Below are positions 1-9,303 of a stretch of DNA of 64,000 nucleotides, piece after piece. Each line of letters begins with the position of its first letter. Position 1 is the stretch's first letter. The stretch spans positions 76,003 to 140,002 of the forward strand of contig CAYOUG010000002.1 in NCBI GenBank assembly GCA_964407105.1, read 5' to 3'. A model generated the notes under the pieces. The model was not told the DNA's origin. It worked only from the letters and a program-made list of their open reading frames with translations, and searched no databases. The position numbers and the translations under genes were made by a program. This DNA is from an uncultured Candidatus Saccharibacteria bacterium (lineage in GTDB: Bacteria; Patescibacteriota; Minisyncoccia; Phycocordibacterales; CALRHW01).

Positions 1-975
1 TTATCTCGTTTGCGTACCGATGAACACAAATCACCGCAAGATGGACGTTTTAGACACAAAAATAATGAAAATAGGTCTTTTGATGTACGTGTGTCTTGTG
101 TTCCAACACAGCACGGTGAAAGTGTAGTGCTGCGTCTTTTGGTAAATACTGCGAGTAATCAAACATTATTGAAACTTGGTTTTTCTAATAAAAATGAAGA
201 ACAAATATGTGGTGAATTAAAAAAACAGTGGGGAATGGTGCTTGTAACCGGACCAACAGGCTCGGGCAAAACCACAACGCTTTATACATTATTAAAAATA
301 CTTAACACTCGAGAAACATCAATTGTAACTATTGAAGATCCTATTGAGTACGCTCTTGATGGTATAAAACAAATTCAAACTCAGCCACGGGTTGGTCTTA
401 CATTTGCTCATGGTTTGCGTTCTGTTTTACGACAAGATCCAGACACAATAATGGTGGGTGAAATTAGAGATACTGAAACCGCACACATTGCGGTTAATAC
501 CGCACTTACCGGACACCTTCTCCTTTCGACACTTCATACAGTAAATGCTTCCACTGCCATTCCACGTTTGATTGATATGGGTGTAGAACCATTTTTGGTG
601 GCATCTACTTTGCGTGTGGTAATAGCGCAAAGACTTGTAAGAAAAATATGTGAAAAATGTAAAAAACCATTTAATTTTTCTGACATCGAAAAAGAGTCTT
701 GCAAAAAAATTTTTGGTTTTTATCCACGTTTGGTTTTTAGAGGTATTGGTTGTGACAATTGTTTGGGAAGTGGATATGTGGGGCGAATAACTGTTGATGA
801 GGTACTTATTGTAGACGAATATATTCGAGAGCTTATCGTGTCGCGAAGTTCTTCTGTATATATTCAAAAAAATGCATTTGATTTGGGTATGGTTTTGATG
901 GCACAAGACGGAATACAAAAAGTGGAAGAGGGAATTACAACAATAGAAGAGGTTTTACGATGCCTTCATGAATAA
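1..975 (+). CDS. pilB: Type IV pilus/T2SS assembly ATPase (PilB/GspE family), 5'-truncated by window
   Basis: Walker A GPTGSGKTT, TIEDPIEY Asp box, LRQDPD, GHLLLSTLH His box, CxxC..CxxC; frame open to window edge. Confidence 0.92.
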   Translation, partial: LSRLRTDEHKSPQDGRFRHKNNENRSFDVRVSCVPTQHGESVVLRLLVNTASNQTLLKLGFSNKNEEQICGELKKQWGMVLVTGPTGSGKTTTLYTLLKILNTRETSIVTIEDPIEYALDGIKQIQTQPRVGLTFAHGLRSVLRQDPDTIMVGEIRDTETAHIAVNTALTGHLLLSTLHTVNASTAIPRLIDMGVEPFLVASTLRVVIAQRLVRKICEKCKKPFNFSDIEKESCKKIFGFYPRLVFRGIGCDNCLGSGYVGRITVDEVLIVDEYIRELIVSRSSSVYIQKNAFDLGMVLMAQDGIQKVEEGITTIEEVLRCLHE

Positions 976-2071
976 TTTAGTAACTGACAAATTCAAGAAA
1001 ATATTTGTTTTTTTGCGCACACTTTTTCAAAAACTTTCTATGCGCGAACAAGCTTTTGTTATTTCTAGACTTGCGTTTTTGATTGGAGCAGATATATCGC
1101 TTATAGAAAGTTTGAAAATGCTTAGGGAACAAGCAATACAAAAAAAAGAAAAACGCGCACTTGATTTTTTTATTACAGATGTGTCGCGTGGAATTTTTTT
1201 GTCGTCGAGTATTGAAAAAATTCATCCGCCATGGAATCATTTTTTGATTAGTGTTATTCGTACAGGTGAGATGACGGGAACACTTTATGCGAGTTTACAA
1301 TACGTAGCTCAAGAACTTAAAAAACGTCAAATTCTAGTACAAAAAATTATTGGAGCTCTTCTTTATCCGTTTTGTATTGCTGTGGCCACTGTGGGTGTGA
1401 CAGGTATGATTGTGTTATATATTTTACCTAAAATAACACCTATTTTTTCTAGTCTAGGTGCTGCACTTCCATTTTCAACACGCATGTTACTTTTTGTGTA
1501 TCGATGTGTTTTTGGGTACGGTATATATATTGGATGCTTGGTTTTTCTTTTCATTGTGTTGTTTTTTTATTTGTGGAAAAAAAATATTAAATTTCATAGG
1601 ATTTGTGAGCGCATTTTTTTGCGTGTGCCGATTGTTGGCACAATGATTCAATATTATGAAATTACCCAAACTTTTCACATGTTAAATGTGCTTATAAAAA
1701 ACAGCATGTCTTTAGAAGATTCTCTTTCTTATGTTGCTTTAAGTAGCGTAGCTATTGTTTATTCTGATTTGTATCATGTCTGTGCAAAAAATGTTGCTCA
1801 TGGTATGCGAATGTCGGTTTCGATTCGTGAGTCTAAATTATTTCCACCCATGGTTGCACAAATGCTTTCAGTGGGCGAGTCCTCGGGAAACATCGTTGAA
1901 GTTTCTTTGTATGTTTCTGAATATTATGAACAACAACTTGATGAAATAATTAAAAAACTTTCAAGTATGCTCGAACCAATACTTATGGTTATTCTTGGTG
2001 TCGTTGTGGGTTTTGTGGCGGTTTCTGTTATTAGTCCAATATATGAAATTACACAGAATATCAAAAGATAG
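968..2071 (+). CDS. pilC: Pilus/T2SS platform protein (PilC/GspF family)
   Basis: GEMTGTL and GESSGNI repeats, ALLYP and LEPILMV motifs, TM segments; follows pilB. Confidence 0.9.
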   Translation: MNNLVTDKFKKIFVFLRTLFQKLSMREQAFVISRLAFLIGADISLIESLKMLREQAIQKKEKRALDFFITDVSRGIFLSSSIEKIHPPWNHFLISVIRTGEMTGTLYASLQYVAQELKKRQILVQKIIGALLYPFCIAVATVGVTGMIVLYILPKITPIFSSLGAALPFSTRMLLFVYRCVFGYGIYIGCLVFLFIVLFFYLWKKNIKFHRICERIFLRVPIVGTMIQYYEITQTFHMLNVLIKNSMSLEDSLSYVALSSVAIVYSDLYHVCAKNVAHGMRMSVSIRESKLFPPMVAQMLSVGESSGNIVEVSLYVSEYYEQQLDEIIKKLSSMLEPILMVILGVVVGFVAVSVISPIYEITQNIKR

Positions 2072-2489
2072 TTTGTTTTTTAATCAAGGTTTTACTTTAG
2101 TAGAGCTTGTGGTTGTGCTTGGTATTATTACGGTTTTACTTTTTATTACACCAGTTTTTGATATTACTAATTTTGCACACGGAAATGTTTTTGATGAAGC
2201 AGGTTTTTTTTCTAATATTCTTGTGCGTGCCAGAAATATGTCGATGAATACAGACACAGTGTATGGTGTGCGTATAAAAGAAGAGACATATTTACTTATT
2301 TTTTTGAATGATTTTCAAGACGAAATAATAAAAGAAATTTTTCCTCGCGATAAAAATGTAAAAATTTTTGGACCAGAATTTGTTTTGTTTGAAAAAGGGG
2401 GTGGGGTGGGTGAACAAGCAGAAATTATTTTTGTAAATGGTAATGCATCTACCAGCGTTTTTATTAATTATGAAGGTGGTATTGAATAA
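2043..2489 (+). CDS. Prepilin-like protein (GspH/FimT-like minor pilin)
   Basis: Class III signal G|FTLVELVVV; ATG 2043 chosen as start. Confidence 0.8.
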   Translation: MKLHRISKDSLFFNQGFTLVELVVVLGIITVLLFITPVFDITNFAHGNVFDEAGFFSNILVRARNMSMNTDTVYGVRIKEETYLLIFLNDFQDEIIKEIFPRDKNVKIFGPEFVLFEKGGGVGEQAEIIFVNGNASTSVFINYEGGIE

Positions 2490-3906
2490 CAAAAAAGGTT
2501 TTATTTTGTTTGAGGTGGTGATTGCGCTTGCGCTTTCTGTTTTAGCGCTCGCCGTTTCGGCGAGCGCTACTTTTGGGGCGCAAGCGCTTCTTGTTGATAC
2601 TCAAATGTATACGCAGGCCATTTTTCAGGCGCAAGGTTTTTTGCAAAAAGTTGCAATTGATGCTCAAAATAATTTTAATTTTCTTTATTCTTCAACAACC
2701 CAAACCCAAGATAGTTTTCAACAAAATTATGACCAAATACTTGATGTTCTTGATATAACACCGTGTATTAAAAAAGTAGATGTAACAGAGGGGTGGCAAC
2801 AGGCTGGCCGTCTTCAACATGTTAGCTTGCAAACATTTATTACACACCCACTATATGTTTTAGAAACTGGTGAAATGTGTGTTGGTAATGAATTATTGTC
2901 TACAGAATGGGTTTTGTATCAAAAAAATACGTTTAACATAAATACAAATGAACCAACAGATGTTGATGTGGTTGATGACAGTATTTTTTTATCTTACAAC
3001 TCTGCAACATCAACCAATGTTGATATTCGTATTTTTGACAAAGAAAATCCTACAAATTTAATTTCTGAAATAGATATCGGTGAGGGCGTTTTTGCAATAG
3101 ACGTTACCAGAGATTATATTTTTGTAGCTGTAAATAGTACTTCAACTCAGCTTGTAATCATTGATATAAAAAATAGGGATAATCCATTTGTGGTTACTTC
3201 AAAATCTCTTTTTGGAGTTAATCCGCTCGGCTCTTATCCGCAAGCAAGAAGTATTTTCTTTTTTAATGATCGTATTTATATCGGCACAAAAGAAACCGCC
3301 GGACCAGAATTTCATATATTTGATGTGTCCAACCCCACAAATCCTATTGAAATTGGTTTTTTTGAGGTTACGCATAATATCAATGACATAGTTGTTCGTG
3401 ATGATGTTGCATATCTTGCAACATCTGCCGACACAAAAGAGCTTATTGTTTTTGATGTATCCGCACCCCGGGAAATACATGAAATTGGATATTTTAATGC
3501 GGGTTTAAGTACTGTAAATGATCGTGATGCCACAAGTCTTTATTTACTCGGAAACACTATTTATTTGGGTCGAAAAAGAGAAACGCAATTTAATCCAGAA
3601 CTTTATGCCATTGATATTTCGAATTCAACATTACCCACACTGTCTTGGTCTTTTGCAATTGGTTTAATGCAACCACTTTCATATGTGAGCGGTGTTATAA
3701 GGCGGGGGAATTTATTATTTGTTTCTAGTACTGATCCAGAAAACGGTTTTATTGTTTTTGATATTAAAGATACTTCAAATATAAAAAAGATTTCAGAAAA
3801 TAATTTTCAACCCCCAGTGATATCTTTTGATATACAAAAAGATGAAATTTATGCGGTTGATTCTTTTGGTGAAAATATTTTTGTCATTAGTGCAAACTCT
3901 GAATAA
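2470..3906 (+). CDS. Prepilin-like protein fused to LVIVD-repeat beta-propeller
   Basis: KKG|FILFEVVIAL; repeated LVIIDIKN/FHIFDVSNP/LIVFDVSAP/LYAIDISN motifs. Confidence 0.8.
   Translation: MKVVLNNKKGFILFEVVIALALSVLALAVSASATFGAQALLVDTQMYTQAIFQAQGFLQKVAIDAQNNFNFLYSSTTQTQDSFQQNYDQILDVLDITPCIKKVDVTEGWQQAGRLQHVSLQTFITHPLYVLETGEMCVGNELLSTEWVLYQKNTFNINTNEPTDVDVVDDSIFLSYNSATSTNVDIRIFDKENPTNLISEIDIGEGVFAIDVTRDYIFVAVNSTSTQLVIIDIKNRDNPFVVTSKSLFGVNPLGSYPQARSIFFFNDRIYIGTKETAGPEFHIFDVSNPTNPIEIGFFEVTHNINDIVVRDDVAYLATSADTKELIVFDVSAPREIHEIGYFNAGLSTVNDRDATSLYLLGNTIYLGRKRETQFNPELYAIDISNSTLPTLSWSFAIGLMQPLSYVSGVIRRGNLLFVSSTDPENGFIVFDIKDTSNIKKISENNFQPPVISFDIQKDEIYAVDSFGENIFVISANSE
2524..2587. repeat. Nested GC-rich inverted repeat inside pilin gene
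   Basis: TAGCGCTCGCCG-ttt-CGGCGAGCGCTA (2543-2569) flanked by GCGCTTGCGC/GCGCAAGCGC. Confidence 0.9.
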
Positions 3907-3923
3907 TTTAAAGAAATATAAAT

Positions 3924-4394
3924 ATGTCAAAAAATCGTGGTTTTACTTTGTTTGAGGTTTTAGTGTATTTGGCACTTATGTCGATACTTATAAGCGGTGT
4001 TTTTGTTTCTGGATATCAAATGCTTGAGAGTGGTGTTTGGATAAAACAAAAAGCAAATACATATATAAATGAACAGTTTGCGTTTCAAAAAATTGAAAAT
4101 GTGGTACGAGAAGGAAATGTGCTTGAGCCTGTTGTGTTAACAGAAGAAGGATATTCCACAAGCACCGAGCTTGTGGTTGATGTCGGTGAAACAGAGGTGC
4201 GTGTTTATGTTGAGGATGGTCGATTGTGGATTAAGCGTGGAGATGGGGAAGTGCGCGCGCTCACACCGCGCGCGTCGCACAGCACCACATTTTTCTGTGA
4301 GCGCGCGCTAAACACAAACACACCCAAAAATTCTCTCACAATTACTTTAAATTTTGATAACACTAAACTTTTAAATACAATATGGCTTCCATAA
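3924..4394 (+). CDS. Prepilin-like protein (PilW/GspJ-like)
   Basis: RG|FTLFEVLVY class III signal. Confidence 0.82.
   Translation: MSKNRGFTLFEVLVYLALMSILISGVFVSGYQMLESGVWIKQKANTYINEQFAFQKIENVVREGNVLEPVVLTEEGYSTSTELVVDVGETEVRVYVEDGRLWIKRGDGEVRALTPRASHSTTFFCERALNTNTPKNSLTITLNFDNTKLLNTIWLP
4253..4308. repeat. Perfect 13-bp inverted repeat with 30-nt spacer
   Basis: GCGCGCGCTCACA (4253-4265) and TGTGAGCGCGCGC (4296-4308). Confidence 0.9.
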
Positions 4395-4783
4395 ATACCT
4401 CAAATCATAAATTAAAAAATGGCTACATCGCCATCATTTCTTCCATTATACTTAGTATGTTTTTACTATCTTTGGTGATAAGTCAGTCAATTTATAGTTT
4501 TTCTGCTCGAAATAACACACTAATGCTTGAATATAATGCGATACGCACTGAGCTTGCTTTAGCGTGTGTTCGTGTTGAGCTTGTATACATGACTTATGAC
4601 GAAACATATAATCCCTCCGAGTCAACACACATTGGCACAAACACATGCATAATAGAAAATATAAAATATGAGAACACAAAAGCAATTATTACTTCTTCCG
4701 CTTCATATCAAAAATCAACCACAACCATTGTTGTAACACTAGACCTTCAAACACACACGATCGTTTCTTGGTACCAAATTTAA
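4382..4783 (+). CDS. PilX/GspK-like minor pilin
   Basis: NG|YIAIISSII hydrophobic N-terminus lacking Glu5; last gene of pilin cluster. Confidence 0.65.
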   Translation: MASINTSNHKLKNGYIAIISSIILSMFLLSLVISQSIYSFSARNNTLMLEYNAIRTELALACVRVELVYMTYDETYNPSESTHIGTNTCIIENIKYENTKAIITSSASYQKSTTTIVVTLDLQTHTIVSWYQI

Positions 4784-4815
4784 TATAGCCACAAAGTTCT
4801 GATACAATAAAGATC

Positions 4816-6057
4816 ATGCAAAAACAGAAAATTGTGATAGTGGGAGCGGGTTTTGCCGGAATAAATGCATATTTGTCGCTAATAAAACATCTAAAACCAT
4901 CAGAGGCACATATTACACTTATAAATAAAACCAATTATTTTCTATTCACCCCGATGCTTCATGAAGTTGCTACGGGAAGCTTAGGTGAAGATGTGATAGT
5001 AGAATCAGTAAGAAATATTATTTATAAAACAAACACAAGTTTTTTGGTGGCTGAAGTACAAAAAATTGATCTTGAAAAGAAAATTGTTTATACAACAAAT
5101 GGTGAAGAAAACTACGACTATCTTATTTTGGCGCACGGTGCCACCACCAATTTTTACAATATTGCTGGTGCAGAAGAACACTCACTTGTACTTAAAGACT
5201 TAGCAGAAGCTGTTGCTATGCGAAATCATTTTGTTTCTATTTTTGAGCAAGCTTCGGCGATAGAAAGTAAAGAAGCACGCAAAAAAATGCTTTCGTTTGC
5301 GGTGGTGGGTGGTGGCCCTACGGGTGTAGAACTTGTAGCAGAAATGGCCGACCTATTTTTTGAAACATTTAGAAAGTATTACAAAGGTGATATTTGTAAG
5401 GATGATGTTACTCTTTATCTTATCAATAAAGGCGTGGATTTATTACCAATTTTTGATAAATCTTTACGTAAAAAATCTTTACAGGTGCTTCAAAAAAAGG
5501 GTGTAAAAGTTTTTCTCAATAAAAATGTAAAAGAAATTACGACCGATAAAATTATTTTTTCGGATGAAGATTTTATTAATGTGTCTCACATAATATGGAC
5601 CGCGGGTGTAAAGCCAAATGAAATGTTTTTTGAACAACAAGTTGAAAAAGATAAAAACGGAAGAATTATAGTTGATCAATATGGAAGAATGAAAAATAGA
5701 AGTGATATTTTTGTACTTGGTGACAGTGCTTCTTTTGTTGGGGTGGATCAAAAACCACTTGCAATGCTTGCGCAGGTGGCAGTTCAGCAAGGAATTAAAG
5801 CTGGAATAAATATTTCATTAAGTATTCATAAAAAAACACTCTCACCTTTTATTTATCGCTCAAAAGGCACAATGGTATCGCTTGGTCAGTGGCAAGCGGT
5901 GGGGGAAATTTTTGGAATTTTGTTGAAAGGACCACTTGCTTGGTGGGTGTGGCGTACCGTGTATTTATTTAATTTTTCTTCGTGGCCAAAACGTATAAAA
6001 ATCGCTACAGATTGGACCATAAATCTTTTTTCTCCGCGAGATATTACTAAAGCTTAG
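4816..6057 (+). CDS. ndh: Type II NADH dehydrogenase (NDH-2)
   Basis: GAGFAG FAD motif, FTPMLHEVATG, GGGPTGVE NAD motif, LAQVAVQQG, WWVWRTVYL. Confidence 0.9.
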   Translation: MQKQKIVIVGAGFAGINAYLSLIKHLKPSEAHITLINKTNYFLFTPMLHEVATGSLGEDVIVESVRNIIYKTNTSFLVAEVQKIDLEKKIVYTTNGEENYDYLILAHGATTNFYNIAGAEEHSLVLKDLAEAVAMRNHFVSIFEQASAIESKEARKKMLSFAVVGGGPTGVELVAEMADLFFETFRKYYKGDICKDDVTLYLINKGVDLLPIFDKSLRKKSLQVLQKKGVKVFLNKNVKEITTDKIIFSDEDFINVSHIIWTAGVKPNEMFFEQQVEKDKNGRIIVDQYGRMKNRSDIFVLGDSASFVGVDQKPLAMLAQVAVQQGIKAGINISLSIHKKTLSPFIYRSKGTMVSLGQWQAVGEIFGILLKGPLAWWVWRTVYLFNFSSWPKRIKIATDWTINLFSPRDITKA

Positions 6058-6097
6058 GTTTTGATATAATCATAAACAATTATAATTTAGAAAAAAT

Positions 6098-6514
6098 ATG
6101 ATGAAAAAATTTTGTAATTCTGATGTGGGAATTTTGTTGTTGAGAATTGTGGTAGGAGTAGTTTTTATAGCTCACGGTTGGAGTAAATTTGCTAATCTTT
6201 CTGCGACCTCAGACTTTTTTGGTAACATACTTGGTTTTCCAATGCCCTCAGTACTTGCGTTTGTTGTGGCGTTTGTAGAGCTTGTGGGTGGTGTTATGGT
6301 GCTTGTGGGGGCATTCACTTGGCTTGCTGGAATGTTGCTCGCACTTATTATGATTGTTGCAATATTTGGTGCAAAAGGCATTAGTCATCTTACCGGACAG
6401 GGAGGATACGAATACGAACTCGTCCTTCTTGGTGCTCTACTTGCTATTGCAAAAATTCCTCCAGGAAAATATTCTGTTATGCATGTGATGAAAAAGGAAA
6501 ATGAGATGGTTTAG
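6098..6514 (+). CDS. DoxX family membrane protein
   Basis: LLRIVVGVVFIAHGWSK, ELVGG, GYEYELVL, PGKYS. Confidence 0.88.
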   Translation: MMKKFCNSDVGILLLRIVVGVVFIAHGWSKFANLSATSDFFGNILGFPMPSVLAFVVAFVELVGGVMVLVGAFTWLAGMLLALIMIVAIFGAKGISHLTGQGGYEYELVLLGALLAIAKIPPGKYSVMHVMKKENEMV

Positions 6515-6561
6515 GCTCAAACAAAGATTAAAATCACCCAATAAACTCACCATTTAACTCC

Positions 6562-6590
6562 TTGACGTGGCATATTTTATATGCTATAAT
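6562..6590 (+). promoter_or_regulatory. sigma70-type promoter, cassette A
   Basis: TTGACG-17 nt-TATAAT with extended TG. Confidence 0.8.
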
Positions 6591-6650
6591 TGACATAGGT
6601 GGTGGGATAAGTATATCTCACAATTTTGGCTCTTTTACAGGAGAATGGTC

Positions 6651-7079
6651 ATGCTTACGGATCAAATAATGATGGTGGTGCTTTTGTCCTTCGTGGTAGG
6701 AGGTGCGGTGTTGGTTTTTGGGTTGTGGATGAAGGTGTCAGTATTGATGGGCGACAAAGGCCGCCCTGTATTTCTCTCGGAGATCTATAAACCGGGAGAT
6801 GGGGTAATTGTCTGCAGAGTGTTCCAGGGTGATTCCGACAATTTCGACACATTCATTCAGTGTCGAAAACCTGATCAAACAGGAAAAATGGGTGCATTCA
6901 GGTTTGTGCGGGCGCACACACTGACTTGTAATGGTGAGCGTATTAGCAAAAACTCACTACCACCCGGAACATACCGGTACATCAAGGAAACCATCACAAC
7001 ACAAAACAGCAACGGCAATCTGCACATTGCAAGGACGACAGAGAGACTCGAGCCGATAATTCTCGATCACTCCGCCTGA
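6651..7079 (+). CDS. Orphan hypothetical protein with N-terminal TM (cassette A)
   Basis: AGGAG SD at 6639-6643; own promoter and 3' hairpins; no recognisable family. Confidence 0.65.
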   Translation: MLTDQIMMVVLLSFVVGGAVLVFGLWMKVSVLMGDKGRPVFLSEIYKPGDGVIVCRVFQGDSDNFDTFIQCRKPDQTGKMGAFRFVRAHTLTCNGERISKNSLPPGTYRYIKETITTQNSNGNLHIARTTERLEPIILDHSA

Positions 7080-7128
7080 GACCCCCTTGGTCAAAGTTTG
7101 CTCTTAAAACAAGCAAACCAAGACCACC

Positions 7129-7159
7129 AAACCCCAAAGCTCAAAAGGCAGAGGGGTTT
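7129..7159 (+). terminator. Imperfect terminator hairpin between cassette A and recR
   Basis: AAACCCC...GGGGTTT; additional hairpin GTTTGCT/AGCAAAC just upstream. Confidence 0.55.
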
Positions 7160-7198
7160 ATTCATATAAAAATTACAAAAAATTTATTTTTTTATATC

Positions 7199-7813
7199 TT
7201 ACTGTCTATTTTTCAAAGCGTTTTTTAAGGTTTCGTTATCTGAATATTCAAGCTCAGTACCAGTAGAAAGTCCGCGTCCAAGAAAAGAAATTTTAATATC
7301 GTGTTTTAAAGCAAAAGTTTCAAGAGATTTTTTTATTGAATCGCCAGTATGTTCTCCTTCGGGGTTTGCATTCATTGCAAGAATAATTTCTTTTAATTTT
7401 GTTGCACGTGTTTCTATGAGTTTTAATAATTCGCGCAATCTCACACGTTTTTCTGGTGATGGTTCAAGTATTGGTATGGTACCACCAAGTATAAAATACA
7501 GTCCATTGTATGCACCGGTTTTTTCTATATGTTCAAAATCTACATCACGACTCACTACGGTAAGTAGGGAAGTATCGCGGTTTTTTGCATTACAAATATC
7601 GCAAGAGTGTGAGCCAGATGCGTTTTTTATATAAAAACGAAAACAAGTATCGCAGGTTTGTATTTCCTCATGAATTTTAGTAATAAGCGAAGTGATTTCG
7701 TTTAAATAACTTTTATTACGGGTAAGTAAAAAATACACAAAACGTTTTGCTTGGCGTGGACCTATACCCGGAAATTCTGCAAAAAGCGCGGTAAGTTTTT
7801 GAAGCGTGTTCAT
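7199..7813 (-). CDS. recR: Recombination protein RecR
   Basis: PGIGPRQAKR HhH, C4 zinc finger, TOPRIM NPEGE, GTELEYSD. Confidence 0.95.
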   Translation of the reverse strand: MNTLQKLTALFAEFPGIGPRQAKRFVYFLLTRNKSYLNEITSLITKIHEEIQTCDTCFRFYIKNASGSHSCDICNAKNRDTSLLTVVSRDVDFEHIEKTGAYNGLYFILGGTIPILEPSPEKRVRLRELLKLIETRATKLKEIILAMNANPEGEHTGDSIKKSLETFALKHDIKISFLGRGLSTGTELEYSDNETLKNALKNRQ

Positions 7814-7839
7814 AAAGTGTGCGCTATAGATTTAAGATA

Positions 7840-9225
7840 TTAAAAGTTTTTGAATTCTTTTTCGGCTCCACCAAAGCTATTATTTGCTAGACTTTGAAAT
7901 GTTGATTTTTTGTCGTTAAAGAAAAGTTCAACTTTTCCTGTTGGACCATTTCTATGTTTTTCAACGAGGATTTCTGCCACGTTTGTACGTTCGGATTGTT
8001 CTTTGTATTTGTCTTCTCTATGAATAAACATCACAACATCGGCATCTTGTTCTATGGATCCAGAATCACGCAAATCTGAAAGACGAGGTCTACCTCCACG
8101 CTGTTCTACCGCACGAGAAAGCTGAGAGAGTGCGAGAACAGGGACATCAAGCTCGCGTGCCAAATTTTTAAGTGAGCGAGAAATTTCTGTGACCTGCTGT
8201 ACAAGTGAATCAGAAGCACGTGATCCTGTGGGCACCATGAGCTGTAAATAATCTACCACAATCATTCCAAGTCCTTTTTCACGCTTAAGTCGACGTGCAA
8301 CAGAACGCATTTTTAGAATATTGTTGCCTGGTTGGTCGTCTATAAAAATGGGTGCGGTGGCGAGTTTGTCGAGTGATTGGCGAATAGAAGCAAAATCGTC
8401 TTCACTTGTGAGTTTTCCTGTACGTAATTTCCAAGCATCCACACTAGCTTGTGCAGAAAGCATTCTGTCGACGAGCTGTTGAGAGCTCATTTCAAGCGAA
8501 AATATTCCAACTGGAACGTTGTGGTTTATCGCTGCTTGTCTGGCGATATCTAAAGCAAGTGATGTTTTTCCTACTGAAGGTCTGGCGGCTAAAATTATCA
8601 AATCAGATTTTTGAAAACCAGAAAGTAAATTGTCGAGCTCGGGAAAACCACTTGGTACCCCACGCATTTCATCTTTTGAATTATGAAGACGGTCTAGACG
8701 TTCCCACGCTTCTACGAGTGTGTCTTTTAGTTCGATAAATTTGTGTGCGCCAGACACATTTGTGACGTCGTACATTCTTTTTTCTGCTTGATCGAGAATT
8801 TCTTCAAGCTCTTGAGCTTCTTCAAAACCAAGCTGGCAAATAAATTCTGATGCATCGATAAGATTTCGCATCATGCGTTTTTTGTGAACAATATCGGCGT
8901 AATGTTTTATGTTCGCCGATGATGGCACCACATGCACAAGCTCAGTAAGATAGCTGTTGCCACCAGCTTGATCTAGTAAATTTTTTTCTTTAAGACGTGA
9001 AGAAAGTGAAAGTAAATCAATGGGCGTACTTTTTTTAAAAAGTTCGAGCATCGTTTCGTAAATCATGCGGTGTCGTTCAGAATAAAATGCACCAACCTGA
9101 ATAGTATCGATAATTTCGTGTATTGCTTCTGGGCGAAGCATGATAGATCCAAGCAGTGCCATTTCTGCTTCTATGTTTTGTGGAGGAATGCGTAATGCTT
9201 TTTGTGGTGTTCCGTTGTTGCTCAT
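7840..9225 (-). CDS. dnaB: Replicative DNA helicase
   Basis: PPQNIEAE, AARPSVGKT, VVDYLQL, LSQLSR, DLRDSGSIEQDAD; no intein. Confidence 0.97.
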   Translation of the reverse strand: MSNNGTPQKALRIPPQNIEAEMALLGSIMLRPEAIHEIIDTIQVGAFYSERHRMIYETMLELFKKSTPIDLLSLSSRLKEKNLLDQAGGNSYLTELVHVVPSSANIKHYADIVHKKRMMRNLIDASEFICQLGFEEAQELEEILDQAEKRMYDVTNVSGAHKFIELKDTLVEAWERLDRLHNSKDEMRGVPSGFPELDNLLSGFQKSDLIILAARPSVGKTSLALDIARQAAINHNVPVGIFSLEMSSQQLVDRMLSAQASVDAWKLRTGKLTSEDDFASIRQSLDKLATAPIFIDDQPGNNILKMRSVARRLKREKGLGMIVVDYLQLMVPTGSRASDSLVQQVTEISRSLKNLARELDVPVLALSQLSRAVEQRGGRPRLSDLRDSGSIEQDADVVMFIHREDKYKEQSERTNVAEILVEKHRNGPTGKVELFFNDKKSTFQSLANNSFGGAEKEFKNF

Positions 9226-9303
9226 TGATAACAATGTTACCACGCTATTGATGCGAGTTTAAAGTTGCAAACGGTACTAAGCTGTGTTTAAGCTGTGAAT
9301 AGC

